Shown: piece after piece, positions 20,631-29,716 of the stretch | Layout: the number at the start of each line of letters is the position of its first letter | How positions within the stretch are numbered: position 1 is the stretch's first letter | Source of the DNA: an uncultured Chloroflexia bacterium | Lineage (GTDB): Bacteria > Chloroflexota > Dehalococcoidia > DSTF01 > JALHUB01 | Direction of reading: 5' to 3' | Assembly: GCA_963726245.1 (NCBI GenBank) | Contig: CAVSBT010000017.1 | Coordinates: forward strand, 32,001 to 96,000 | Length of the DNA stretch: 64,000 bases | Notes under the pieces: model-generated | Told to the model about the DNA's origin: nothing | Database searches by the model: none | The model's input: only the letters and a program-made list of their open reading frames with translations | Program-made: the position numbers and the translations under genes

Positions 20631-22532
20631 ATGGACGAGTCGAAAGACGACGGCCGCCACGACGGCGCCGGCTGAGCCCGCCGAAGCCGGCGAGACTCCC
20701 GCCGGTCTGCGTCCGATAGGCCGGGTGGCGGCGCCGCGGGGCTCCGAGGCGACGACAGAGGCTTTCCACTTCTGGGTCCCCGAGGACCGGCTGGTCGAGA
20801 AGACGCAGCTCGTCCACGTGGAGAGCCCCACCGGAGGCCGGGACGTGCACTTCTACGGCCTGGTGACGGAGGTCTTCCGCCGCTCCCGCCGCAACGACAT
20901 GCTGGAGGAGTCGGACCGCTTCGACGGCCGGCCCGAGGAGCAGGTGCCCCTGGAGAGCCGCGGCGTCACCTACGCCTCCGTCCGCGTGCTGGCCACGGAG
21001 CCGAGCGTCTTCACGCCGCCGCGCGAGGAGAGCGTGGTCTACCCGGCGGGCGAGCCGGAGGCCCGCATCGCCTACGGCGTGGGCGACATGGAGAAGCCCG
21101 TGGTCGTCGGCCTGGTGCGCAACGGCGGCGAGGCCGACGCCGGGCCCGCCTACGTGGACCTGGACTACCTGCTCGGCGCCAAGGGTGGGCACCTGAACGT
21201 GGCCGGCATCGCCGGCGTGGGCACCAAGTCCAGCTTCCTGACCATCGCCCTCAGCCAGGTGCTGCGCTACTGCCGCCGCCACGCCGAGGAGCACCCGGAG
21301 GACCCGGAGAAGCCGCAGGTGCGCGCCGTCATCCTCAACGTCAAGGGCTTTGACCTCTTCTGGCTCGACCACTGGTCGAGGGCCTTCAGCGAGGAGGACC
21401 GGCGGATGTGGGAGGCCATGGGCTGGGGCGAGCCCTCGCCCATGGACGTGCTCGCCTTCTTCGCCCCTCAGCAGCCCGGCAGCGACGAGCTGGCGGCGCC
21501 CGTGGGACGGAGCGGCGTCCGCCCCTATAGCTGGTCGCTGGAGGACGTCATCCGCGACAACCTCTTCACCTACCTCTTCAGCGACAGCGACCGCGAGGAC
21601 GACAACTTCGCCCTCCTCCTGGCCGACATGGAGCGGCTCCTGGCCCGCGAGTGGCGCCAGAACGACGGCACGCCCATGCGCGAGCTGCGCCGCGACGCCC
21701 CGGCCCGCACCTTCCAGGAGCTCTTCGACTGGTTCGAGCACGGCCTGGCCCGCGGCGAGGGCCGCGAAGGCGATGAGCCCCCGCGCCGGTCGGACCTCAC
21801 CTTCGAACGGCTCCAGACGGTGCACCACGCGGGCACGCTGCGCCGCTTCTACCGCCGCCTGCGGCGCATCGTCTACGAGAGCGCCGGCATCTTCCGCATG
21901 GAGGGCGGCGGCAGCCATCCCCTGGACATCAGCGCCCTGGAGTCGGGTCGGCCCATCGTGGTGGACATCCAGAGCCTGCCCGACCGTCACCTCCAGCGCT
22001 TCGTCGTGGCGGCGCTCCTGAAGCAGGCCGTGGAGCAGCAGACCGGCGCCCGGCGCCCTGCCCGGCATGCACTACCTCTTCGTCCTCGACGAGCTCAACC
22101 GCTTCGCCCCCAAGGGTCACACCGACCCCATCACCCAGCTCATCGAGACGGTGGCGGCGGAGCTGCGCTCGCGGGGGGTGATCCTCCTGGGGGCGCAGCA
22201 GCAGGCCTCGCTGGTCTCGCCGCGGGTGGTGGAGAACGCCTCGGTGCGCGTCCTGGGGCGCACCGGCGGCCACGAGCTGCGACAGGACGTCTTCAGCTTC
22301 CTGCCGGAGGAGCTGCGCGACTACGTGGAGCAGCTCGGCGCCAGCGACAAGGTGCTGCACCTGCCCAGCTTCCGCCAGCCCATGCACGTGCGCGTTCCCC
22401 GGCCGCCCTGGGCCATGCGCAGGCAGGAAGCCTCCACCGAGCCGCCGGAGCTTCTGCGGGAGCGGGGCGCGGTCGCCGTGCCGCAGCCCCGTCCGCCGCC
22501 TGCCGTCGCGTCCCTACGACGAGCTGCCCTGA
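20631..22532 (+). CDS. herA: HerA-like ATPase/DNA translocase (indels)
   Basis: N-terminal HAS-barrel-like region, divergent Walker A HLNVAGIAGVGTKS, ILNVKG, Walker B FVLDELNRFAP, ELRSRGVILLGAQQ. Confidence 0.8.
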
Positions 22533-22533
22533 G

Positions 22534-23801
22534 ATGCGCCTGCTACATACGAGCGACTGGCACCTGGGCGCCCGCCTCGGCAACCAGGACCGCCTGCCCG
22601 ACCAGCTCGAGCGGCTGGAGGAGATCTGCCGCTACCTGGACGAGAACGAGGTGGACGTGCTCCTGGTGGCGGGCGACGTCTTCGACGAGCACCGCTCGGA
22701 GGCGCTGGCCCGCATCATCGCCCGACTGGCCCGGCTGCTCAAGCCCCGCATCGAGGCCGGCATGTGGGCGGTGTTCATCGCCGGCAACCACGACCGCGAG
22801 CACGTCTTCCCTCTCATCCGGGGCCTTCAAGACCTGCTGACGGCCGAAAGCAGCCTGCCTGCCGGACAGGCGGGCCCGCGGGTCGTCTTCGCCGAGCGGC
22901 CGGCGCTGGTGCCGGTCACCGCCCGGTCGGGCGAGCAGGTGCAGCTCATGCTCCTGCCCTACCCAACGCCCACCCGCTACGAGCTGCCCGACGAACGGCT
23001 GGCCCAGCCCTGACGCCAAGCGGCAGAAGCTGGCCGATGCCCTGCGGGAGCGCATCGGCGGGCTAGCCCAGGAGGCCCGCCTGACGCCCGGCGTGCCGGT
23101 CGTCCTCTGCGGCCACTTCCTGGTGCGCGGCGTGCGCGAGGGCTTCTACCAGCTCAGCGAGCAGGAGGACGTGCCCGTCGAGCCCGCCGACCTGCCCTCG
23201 TACGCCTACATCGCCCTGGGCCACATCCACAAGCCGCAGACGGTGGGCGCGCCCCACATCCGCTACTGCGGCAGCCTGGAGCGCATGGACCGCGGCGAGG
23301 CGGACGACCGCAAGATGGTCCTGCTCGCCGACGTGGGCCGCTCGGGCCTGCGCGACGTGGTGGAGCTGCCCCTCAACGCTACCCCCTTCGCCCACGTGAC
23401 GGCAGCCAGTGAAGACGACCTGGAGCGGGCGGCGAGGGAGCTGTCGGAGCCGGAACGGACGCTGGTCTCGCTGACCCTGGACCTCTCGCGCCGACGAGCC
23501 GGTGGGGCCCCTCCTGGCCCGCGCCCGCGCCCTCTTCCCGCGGCTCTGGGCGCCGCCCGAGATCCGGCTCGCGGAGACGGCCGCTCCCCCGGCGCCGCGC
23601 GCCATCGACCGGCGCGACGTGGCGGGCACGGTGCGGTCATATCTGCAGGAGGCTCTGGCGGGCGACGCCGACCGCGACGAGCTGCTGCGGCTGGCCGAGG
23701 AGCTGCTCGCCGACCTGCCTGTCGGACAGGCGGGGCCCATAGGGGCGGTTCGCGAACCGCCCCTACCCAGCCGAGCCGAGACCGTCCGGGAGACGCCATG
23801 A
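22534..23801 (+). CDS. sbcD: Mre11/SbcD nuclease (indels)
   Basis: MRLLHTSDWHLG, LVAGDVFD, IAGNHD, LCGHF, YIALGHIHKPQ, RYCGS. Confidence 0.9.
22853..22875. repeat. In-frame palindromic repeat in sbcD (encodes LPAGQAG)
   Basis: gcctgcctgccggacaggcgggc; related copies at 23714-23734 and 18785-18805. Confidence 0.65.
23740..23766. repeat. REP palindrome inside the sbcD 3' end
   Basis: taggggcggttcgcgaaccgcccctac, identical to the intergenic copy at 29679-29705. Confidence 0.8.
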
Positions 23802-26800
23802 TCCCCGTCCGGGTGCAGGTCCGCAACTTCCTCACCTACGGCGAGGCCGACGACGGCGGCCCCATCGAGTTCGACTTCGAGGGGTCGCGGCTCTGGAGCA
23901 TCTCCGGCAACAACGGCTCCGGCAAGAGCGCCGTCTTCGACGCCATCACCTACGCCCTCTTCGGCCGCCACCGGGGCGGCGCCACCGGCGACGGCCGCCT
24001 GATCCGCAAAGGCGCCCGCCAGTGCGAGGCCACCTTCGAGTTCCAGGCCAACGGCCACCTCTACCGCGTCCGGCGCACGGTGGCCCGGCGGCACGGGAAA
24101 GCGACAGCAGGAGGCCAAGGAACGCCAGGCCGCCCGCTTCGACCCCGACAGCGGCGAGTGGGTGCCGGTGCCGGCCACCGACTCCGATGCCGCCCTGGGG
24201 CGCTGGGTCCAGGAGCTGCTGGGCCTCGGCTACGACACCTTCGTCACCTCTGTCCTCCTGCGCCAGGGAGAGAGCGACCGCTTCATCACCGCCGGCAACG
24301 CCGAGCGCTTCGACATCCTCCGGCAACTGCTGGGCCTCCAGGCCTACCAGCAGCTCGAGGAGCGCGCCCGTGCCCGCGCCCGCGAGGCCCGAGCGTCCGC
24401 CGAGGCCCTGGACCGGCACCTGGCCGCCACCCCGGCCTTCGACCCGGCCGACCTGGAAGCGGCGGAGGCCGCGCTGGCGGCGTCGGAGGCGGGCCTGCGC
24501 GACTCTCAAGCCGCCTGCACGCAGGCCCAGGCCGTCTTGAGCGACGCCCGCGCCTTCGCCGAGCTGGCCGCGCACATCGAGGAGTGCCGGCGCCGGCTGG
24601 CGGAGGTCGAGAGCCTCCTGGCCGACGCCGAAGGCATCCGAGCCCGCTACCAGGAGTGGCAGGACATCGAGGCGGCCGTCCCCGCCCTGGAGGGGGCGCT
24701 CCGGGAGCTGCGGGCGGCCGCCGTCGCCGAGGCAGAGGCGGAGGAGGCGCGACGGGCCGCCCTCGCCGTCGACCTGGGGGCGCTGGAGGAGGCGGCGCAG
24801 CTCGCGAACGCGGCGGCGGAGGACGCCGAGCGGGCCGTCGGCGTCGCTGACGAGAGCCTGAACGCCTGCCGCCAATCGCTGGCGGCGCTCCAGCCCGCCC
24901 TGCGCGGCATCGACGAGCTGGCGCAGGCCCGCGGCCAGGCCGAACGGCTGAGGGCCGACATCGATGGGCTGTCGCGCGAGCTGGAGTCGATGCCCGCCGT
25001 GCGCGAGCAGCACGAGCGGCTGTCCGCCATCGCCCGGGGATTGCCCGCCCTCGAGGCGCTGGTCGCCGCCCGCAGGGGCCTGGAAGAGGCGGAGGCCGCC
25101 GCCGCCGAGGCCGGCTCTCTGGACGGCCGGCGGCAGGAGGTGGAGCGCCTCGCCCACGAGGTGAGCGCCGCCGAGACGCGCACCCGCCAGGCGGAGCGAC
25201 GCCTTCGGGCGGCCGACCAGCAGCTGGCGCGGGCGGAGGCAGCGCTCGAGCAGGCCCGCGGGCAGCTAGCCGCCCGCCAGGAGGCCCGCGACGAGGCCGT
25301 GTGCTCCCGCTGCGGACAGCCCGTCGACCCGGAGCACATCGCGCGGGAGCTGCGGGACGCCGAGGCGGCGGTCGCTGAGGCCGGCGAGCGCGTCGCCGAA
25401 GCCCAGGCCGGCCACGAGCAGGCGCACGGCGAGGAGGAGGCGGCTCGAGAGGCGCTGGCGGCGTCGCAGGCGGCGGAGCAGGAGGCCCGTGACCGCCTGC
25501 GAGAGGCGGAGCGGCGCGCCGAGCAGGCGGCCCAGGCCCGCTCGCGCCTCGACGAAGCCGTGGCCGCGGCCTCGGACCTGCCGGAAGAGCTGCGGCGCGT
25601 CGCCGCCGGGGCACCGCCGGCGGAGGCCGAACGGGCGCTGGCCGATGCCCGCGCGCAGGCGTCGGCGCTCCCCCAGGCCACCGCCGATCTGAACCGGCTG
25701 CTGGGGCTGAAGGGGCAGGCAGAGGCCCTGGGCAAGGCCCTGCAAGAGCAGCAGGAGCGCATCGCCGAGCTGGCGGCGCGCTATCCGCCCCAGGCGGAGC
25801 AGCAGGTCCGGGCCGAAGCCGAGCGGCTGCGTACCGAGGAGCCCCGGCTCGAGGCCGCGGCCGCGGCAGGCGCGCCGGGGCTGGAAGGAGGCCCGCGACT
25901 CGGCGGAGGCGGCCCGAGGACGGCTGGAGGAAGGCCGCCTGCGCCGCCAGCAGCTCGAGGGCGACGCCGCCCGCCTCGGGCAGGGGGCTTCGGGTTTGCG
26001 CTCCCAGGCCGCCGTCCGCCTCCAGCCGGTTCGTGAGGACTGGCGCACGCGGGCGCTGGCGCTGGACGGCGCGCTCCTGACGGAGCTGCTGCGCCGCCGC
26101 GACGAGCTGGCCGGCGTCGACGAGCAGCACCAGGCGCTGGCGCGGGCCGACGAAGAGCGGCGCGAGCAGGAGGCCCGCCGTCGTGAGCTGGACCGCAGCG
26201 TGAGCCGCATCCCCCAGGAGCACCGCCTGCCCGTCGTCGAGGCGGAGCGGGCCCTGGAGGAGAGGACGGCCGACATGCAGGCCCGCCAGTCGGAGCGCGA
26301 TGAGGCCTTTCGTCGCGTCCAGGCGCTGGAGCACGCCCGCGAGCAACGACAGCGGTTCGAGGGCGCCCTGCGGGAGGCGCAGCGGCTGCGCGTCCGCTTC
26401 GGGCGGCTGGCCGAGCTACTGGGTCGCGGCGGCCTCCAGGCCCGCCTGGTGGACGAGGCCCTGGAGGGCATCACATACCTGGCCAACGAGACCCTGGCCC
26501 GCGTCTCCGGCGGGCAGCTCCGGCTTCAGTTGTCGCGGGAGAGCCGCCGGGCGGCTGGCCAGGCCGACGCCCGAAGCAACGAGGAGATCGTAATCCGTGC
26601 CCGCGACCTCGCCTCCGCCGACGAGCCGCTGGACACGCAGTTCCTCTCGGGCAGCCAGAGGTTCCGCACCTCCGTGGCCATCGCCGCCGCCATCGGCCAG
26701 TACGTGGCCGGCTCTCAGGGGAGCGCCATCCGCTCGCTGATCATCGACGAGGGCTTCGGGAGCCTGGATGCGCAGGGCAGACAGGAGATGGTCGAGGAGC

Positions 26801-26937
26801 TGCGGAACCTGTCGCAGTTCATGGACCGCATCATCGTCGTCAGCCACCAGGAGGACTTCCAGGACCGCACGCTCTTCCCGACGGGCTTCATCCTGCGCAA
26901 GGAGGGCCAGCGCAGCACCGTCGAGCGGTTCGTGTAG
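23798..26937 (+). CDS. sbcC: Rad50/SbcC SMC-like ATPase (indels)
   Basis: ATGA overlap with sbcD; Walker A GNNGSGKS, Q-loop LLRQGE, coiled coil with zinc hook CSRC, signature LSGSQ, Walker B IIDEGFGSLD, IIVVSHQ. Confidence 0.92.
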
Positions 26938-26995
26938 GGCTGGGAGCGGTGGAGTCTGTCGCCAAACTTTTCCTAACATTTTCTGTCCAAAGGGC

Positions 26996-27023
26996 TTGAC
27001 AAAGCTCACAAGGGAAGTAGAAT
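26996..27023 (+). promoter_or_regulatory. Strong sigma70-type promoter
   Basis: TTGACA-16 nt-TAGAAT in an AT-richer patch. Confidence 0.7.
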
Positions 27024-27029
27024 ACAGGC

Positions 27030-27490
27030 GAAGGATAACCAGTTGTCGATTTCGCGTTACTGGTATCCCGCATCGATTAGCCGGTCTTAGTTATCACGAA
27101 TCCTCGTTCACTTTTGTCGCTTCGAACAAAGAGTGTTGGGGGCGGCCGACAAGCGAGGAATCATGGCAAGGGCCAGGGGAACCAGAACCGCCTTGGACAG
27201 GAGATCTCTGAGGACTCCCATTCAGGAGGACTCGGCGTCCGTCGCCGCAGGCGGGGAACTGAGCCACCAGCCAATGGAGGGCGGCGTGGACGTCAGTCGG
27301 GACCGGGCCTGCGGTGTGTGACGGGCGATCGGAAAACGGGGACGGGGGTACCCCGCCGGGCGGCTGGCCAGGATTGCCAGTCCTGCCCCGCGGGCCCGGT
27401 CGATAGTCAATCGCTGGGGCAGCGCAGCAACTGACCCCTACAAGCAATAGCCCCTGACGCCTTGTGGCGATTCAAGGGCCGCCCCCTCAC
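27030..27490 (+). ncRNA. Candidate large structured non-coding RNA of unknown class
   Basis: Follows the promoter; several stems (27033-27068, 27096-27165, 27236-27327, 27356-27399 and two near 27416-27478) and a perfect 10-bp long-range pairing 27138-27147/27477-27486; G-U pairs favour the + strand. Confidence 0.5.
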
Positions 27491-27528
27491 TAGTGGCGCG
27501 CACACCCTTCCCTCTGAAGTGTGCGTCC

Positions 27529-27604
27529 TGGCGCGCCCGGAGGGATTCGAACCCCCGACCCTCGGTTCCGAAGACCGATGCTCTATCCGCTGAGCTACGA
27601 GCGC
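27529..27604 (-). tRNA. tRNA-Arg (anticodon UCG)
   Basis: GCGCTCG acceptor stem, anticodon arm TCGGT-CT TCG GA-ACCGA, GGTTCGAATCC T-loop, encoded CCA. Confidence 0.95.
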
Positions 27605-27701
27605 GCCCCATCGCTGCGCAGACGGGCGTCTCGCTGCGCCCGCCCATCTCGCGCCAGTCTATCATAGCCCCTCGAACGCCTACAACGAGCCGGGCGCCTC
27701 A

Positions 27702-27746
27702 TTGACATATGAGATGCTTTAGCGCATACTTTGCAGGTAAAGCATC
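27702..27746 (+). promoter_or_regulatory. Sigma70 promoter overlapped by a 9-bp inverted repeat (candidate operator)
   Basis: TTGACA-17 nt-CATACT; GATGCTTTA (27713-27721) / TAAAGCATC (27738-27746). Confidence 0.6.
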
Positions 27747-27769
27747 GCACATCTGAGGGGAGGGGAACC

Positions 27770-27880
27770 ATGGCTATCATCGACGCAATGGACGTACGAC
27801 TGGAGTACATCGCCTACCTGGAAGGGGACGACCTGGAGGACGTCGCCTACGAGGAGGCTCTATTCTTTTACGAGTGGTGA
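27770..27880 (+). CDS. Small acidic protein, 36 aa (not in the ORF track)
   Basis: Own promoter, GGGAGGGG RBS, MAIIDAMDVRLEYIAYLEGDDLEDVAYEEALFFYEW*, followed by a hairpin. Confidence 0.6.
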   Translation: MAIIDAMDVRLEYIAYLEGDDLEDVAYEEALFFYEW

Positions 27881-28015
27881 GCCGGCAGACCCCGGCCGGG
27901 GTCGCTTTGAGCACCGGTTCATCGCGCTCACAGAACGAGTCTGTGAGTAATGGGGTCACAACTGTAGCCGGCGGGCAGCCGCCGGCAGAGACATGAAACG
28001 CAAGGGAGGGAGTCC

Positions 28016-28327
28016 ATGCGATTCTTAGTAAAGGTCTCCATACCGACAGAGGCGGGCAACAAGGCAGTACGAGACGGCACTCTAGCCGAGAAGCTGGGCC
28101 GCATCCTCAACGAATTGAAGCCGGAAGCCGCCTACTTTGCCGAGGTTGACGGCGAGAGGTGCGGCTTCATTTTCGTTGACGTGCCGGATGTCTCGAAGAT
28201 CCCCTTCGTCGCGGAACCGTTTTTCCTGGCGCTGAACGCGAGGGTCGAGTTCCACCCGGCGATGATGCCGGACGACCTGCGAAAGGCGGGGCCCGACATG
28301 GAGAAGGCCGCTAAGACGTACGGCTAG
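28016..28327 (+). CDS. Conserved hypothetical protein (small alpha/beta, DUF3303/GYD-like)
   Basis: GGAGG RBS; KPEAAYF...GERCGFIFVD...AEPFFLALNARVEFHPAM. Confidence 0.7.
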   Translation: MRFLVKVSIPTEAGNKAVRDGTLAEKLGRILNELKPEAAYFAEVDGERCGFIFVDVPDVSKIPFVAEPFFLALNARVEFHPAMMPDDLRKAGPDMEKAAKTYG

Positions 28328-29043
28328 CTCCCGGTCCTTGCTACCAGCTCTCGCCCTGTGGCGCACACGTCGAGCAGGCAGCAGCCGGCGCAGCGCGGGC
28401 GTGCCCGGCAGGTCTCCTTGCAGTGGAGGACGATAGCGGCGTGGTAGCGCCGGTACAGCTCGCGGCCCTCCGGCAGGCGCTCCTCAAACCACCGCTGCCA
28501 CGTTTCGTAGCGGTTCCCCTCTGGGCCGAGGCCCAGGCGCCGGAACAGGCGTACCGTGTAGGCATCGACGACGAAGACGGGCCGGTGGGCGGCGTGCAAG
28601 AGGACGGCGTCCGCCGTCTCCCGCCCGATGCCGTGAGTGCCCAGCAGAGCGGCCCTTAGCTGGTCCGTTGGGAGGGCGAACAGGCCCTCCGCGCCGCCGT
28701 GCCGCTCGACCAGGGCTGCGAAGGCTTTCAGACGCCTCGCCTTCTGAAGAGACATGCCCGCCGGTCGCACCAGCTCGGCGAGCTCCTCCTCAGGCAGCGA
28801 CACGATTGCCCGGTGCGAGAATGCGCCGGCCTCGCGCAGGCGCGTCAGCGCCTTTTCCACGTTGGCCCAGGCGGTGTGCTGGACAAGGACGGCGCCGGTG
28901 CACACCTCGAACCAATCGCTATCGGCGCGCCAGTGCCAGCCATCGACGTGACACGCCTCTTCGAGGCGCCGGTAGATCTCGAGAAGGGCCTGGGATGTGG
29001 CGGAAGGCGCCGTCACGGCTCTGGCGGCGCCTCGGTGGCCCAC
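28324..29043 (-). CDS. Endonuclease III-related HhH-GPD protein with [4Fe-4S] motif
   Basis: GAVLVQHTAWANVE, HGIGRETADAVLL, VVDAYT, CRARPRCAGCCLLDVC. Confidence 0.85.
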   Translation of the reverse strand: MGHRGAARAVTAPSATSQALLEIYRRLEEACHVDGWHWRADSDWFEVCTGAVLVQHTAWANVEKALTRLREAGAFSHRAIVSLPEEELAELVRPAGMSLQKARRLKAFAALVERHGGAEGLFALPTDQLRAALLGTHGIGRETADAVLLHAAHRPVFVVDAYTVRLFRRLGLGPEGNRYETWQRWFEERLPEGRELYRRYHAAIVLHCKETCRARPRCAGCCLLDVCATGRELVARTGS

Positions 29044-29546
29044 TGCGGCAGGCGGGCGTCGGGGACGCTGTCGTACTGGGGAAGGTAGGGCTTGATATCG
29101 AGGATCGGCGTCCCGTCGAGGGCGTCCAGCCCGCGTACGCGCAGGATGTTGCGTCGACGGCGGAGGAGCGGCACCACCGCCACGCCGATGGGGTTCGGAC
29201 GGCGCGGACTGCGGGTGGCCAGAACGCCCTGGAGGGGGTAACGGGCGTCGCCGCGCGGGTGGACATGGGCCCAGTCCTTCTCATTCTCCGGCACCCGCTG
29301 CATGTAGAAGACCACGACGAGGTGTGAGTAGGAATCGATACCGTCCAGGACCGGCTCCAGGTCCTGGCGCAGGATGATGTCGGAGCGCACGTCCTGCCAG
29401 CCGCTCATGCGCGGCTCGCGGATACCGTTGCGCACCACCGCGATGGGTCGCAGGGTCACCGGCTCACGGGGCACGACCCCTCGCTCGAAGATCCGCCGGA
29501 CCCAGTCCACGACTCCCACGGGCGACTCCTTACCGCGCGAGATCAC
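29013..29546 (-). CDS. tsaA: tRNA (N6-threonylcarbamoyladenosine37-N6)-methyltransferase TrmO/TsaA
   Basis: GVLATRSPRRPNPIG, GLDALDGTPILDIKPY. Confidence 0.9.
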   Translation of the reverse strand: MISRGKESPVGVVDWVRRIFERGVVPREPVTLRPIAVVRNGIREPRMSGWQDVRSDIILRQDLEPVLDGIDSYSHLVVVFYMQRVPENEKDWAHVHPRGDARYPLQGVLATRSPRRPNPIGVAVVPLLRRRRNILRVRGLDALDGTPILDIKPYLPQYDSVPDARLPQWATEAPPEP

Positions 29547-29677
29547 GCGAGCGCGCTCAGCTTAGCACAGCTCGCGAAAGGCGACTAGCCGTGCAGGACT
29601 GCCCGCATCGACGCTGACGGCCTCGAGCAGGCGTGCGATTCTAACGGAAGCAGGGCGATTTCGGGGGAATTGCCCCC

Positions 29678-29705
29678 GTAGGGGCGGTTCGCGAACCGCC
29701 CCTAC
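29678..29705. repeat. GTAG-type REP palindrome
   Basis: Perfect palindrome gtaggggcggttcgcgaaccgcccctac. Confidence 0.8.
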
Positions 29706-29716
29706 ACGTCGACCCC

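Noticed and set aside
20725-23013. Apparent HerA-Mre11 fusion (762-aa ORF)
   Set aside because: Artefact of indels. The HerA C-terminus is in another frame (22067 onward), and sbcD has its own ATG at 22534 after a TGA at 22530-22532.
24286-26486. Long antisense ORFs (686 aa, 406 aa and similar ones elsewhere)
   Set aside because: Shadow ORFs of GC-rich coding sequence: Pro/Arg/Ala-rich, no motifs, fully overlapping well-supported genes.
27138-27490. tmRNA or RNase P RNA identity for the structured region (similar length, GGGGGCG start, paired ends)
   Set aside because: No canonical T-arm, G3:U pair or CCA end, and no tag ORF ending in AA; no GAGGAAAGUCC or 3' RNase P conserved region on either strand.
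27494-27501. TGGCGCGC repeat of the tRNA-Arg 3' end as an att site
   Set aside because: Only 8 nt long, 35 nt from the tRNA and part of a local hairpin; no integrase or distal copy noticed.
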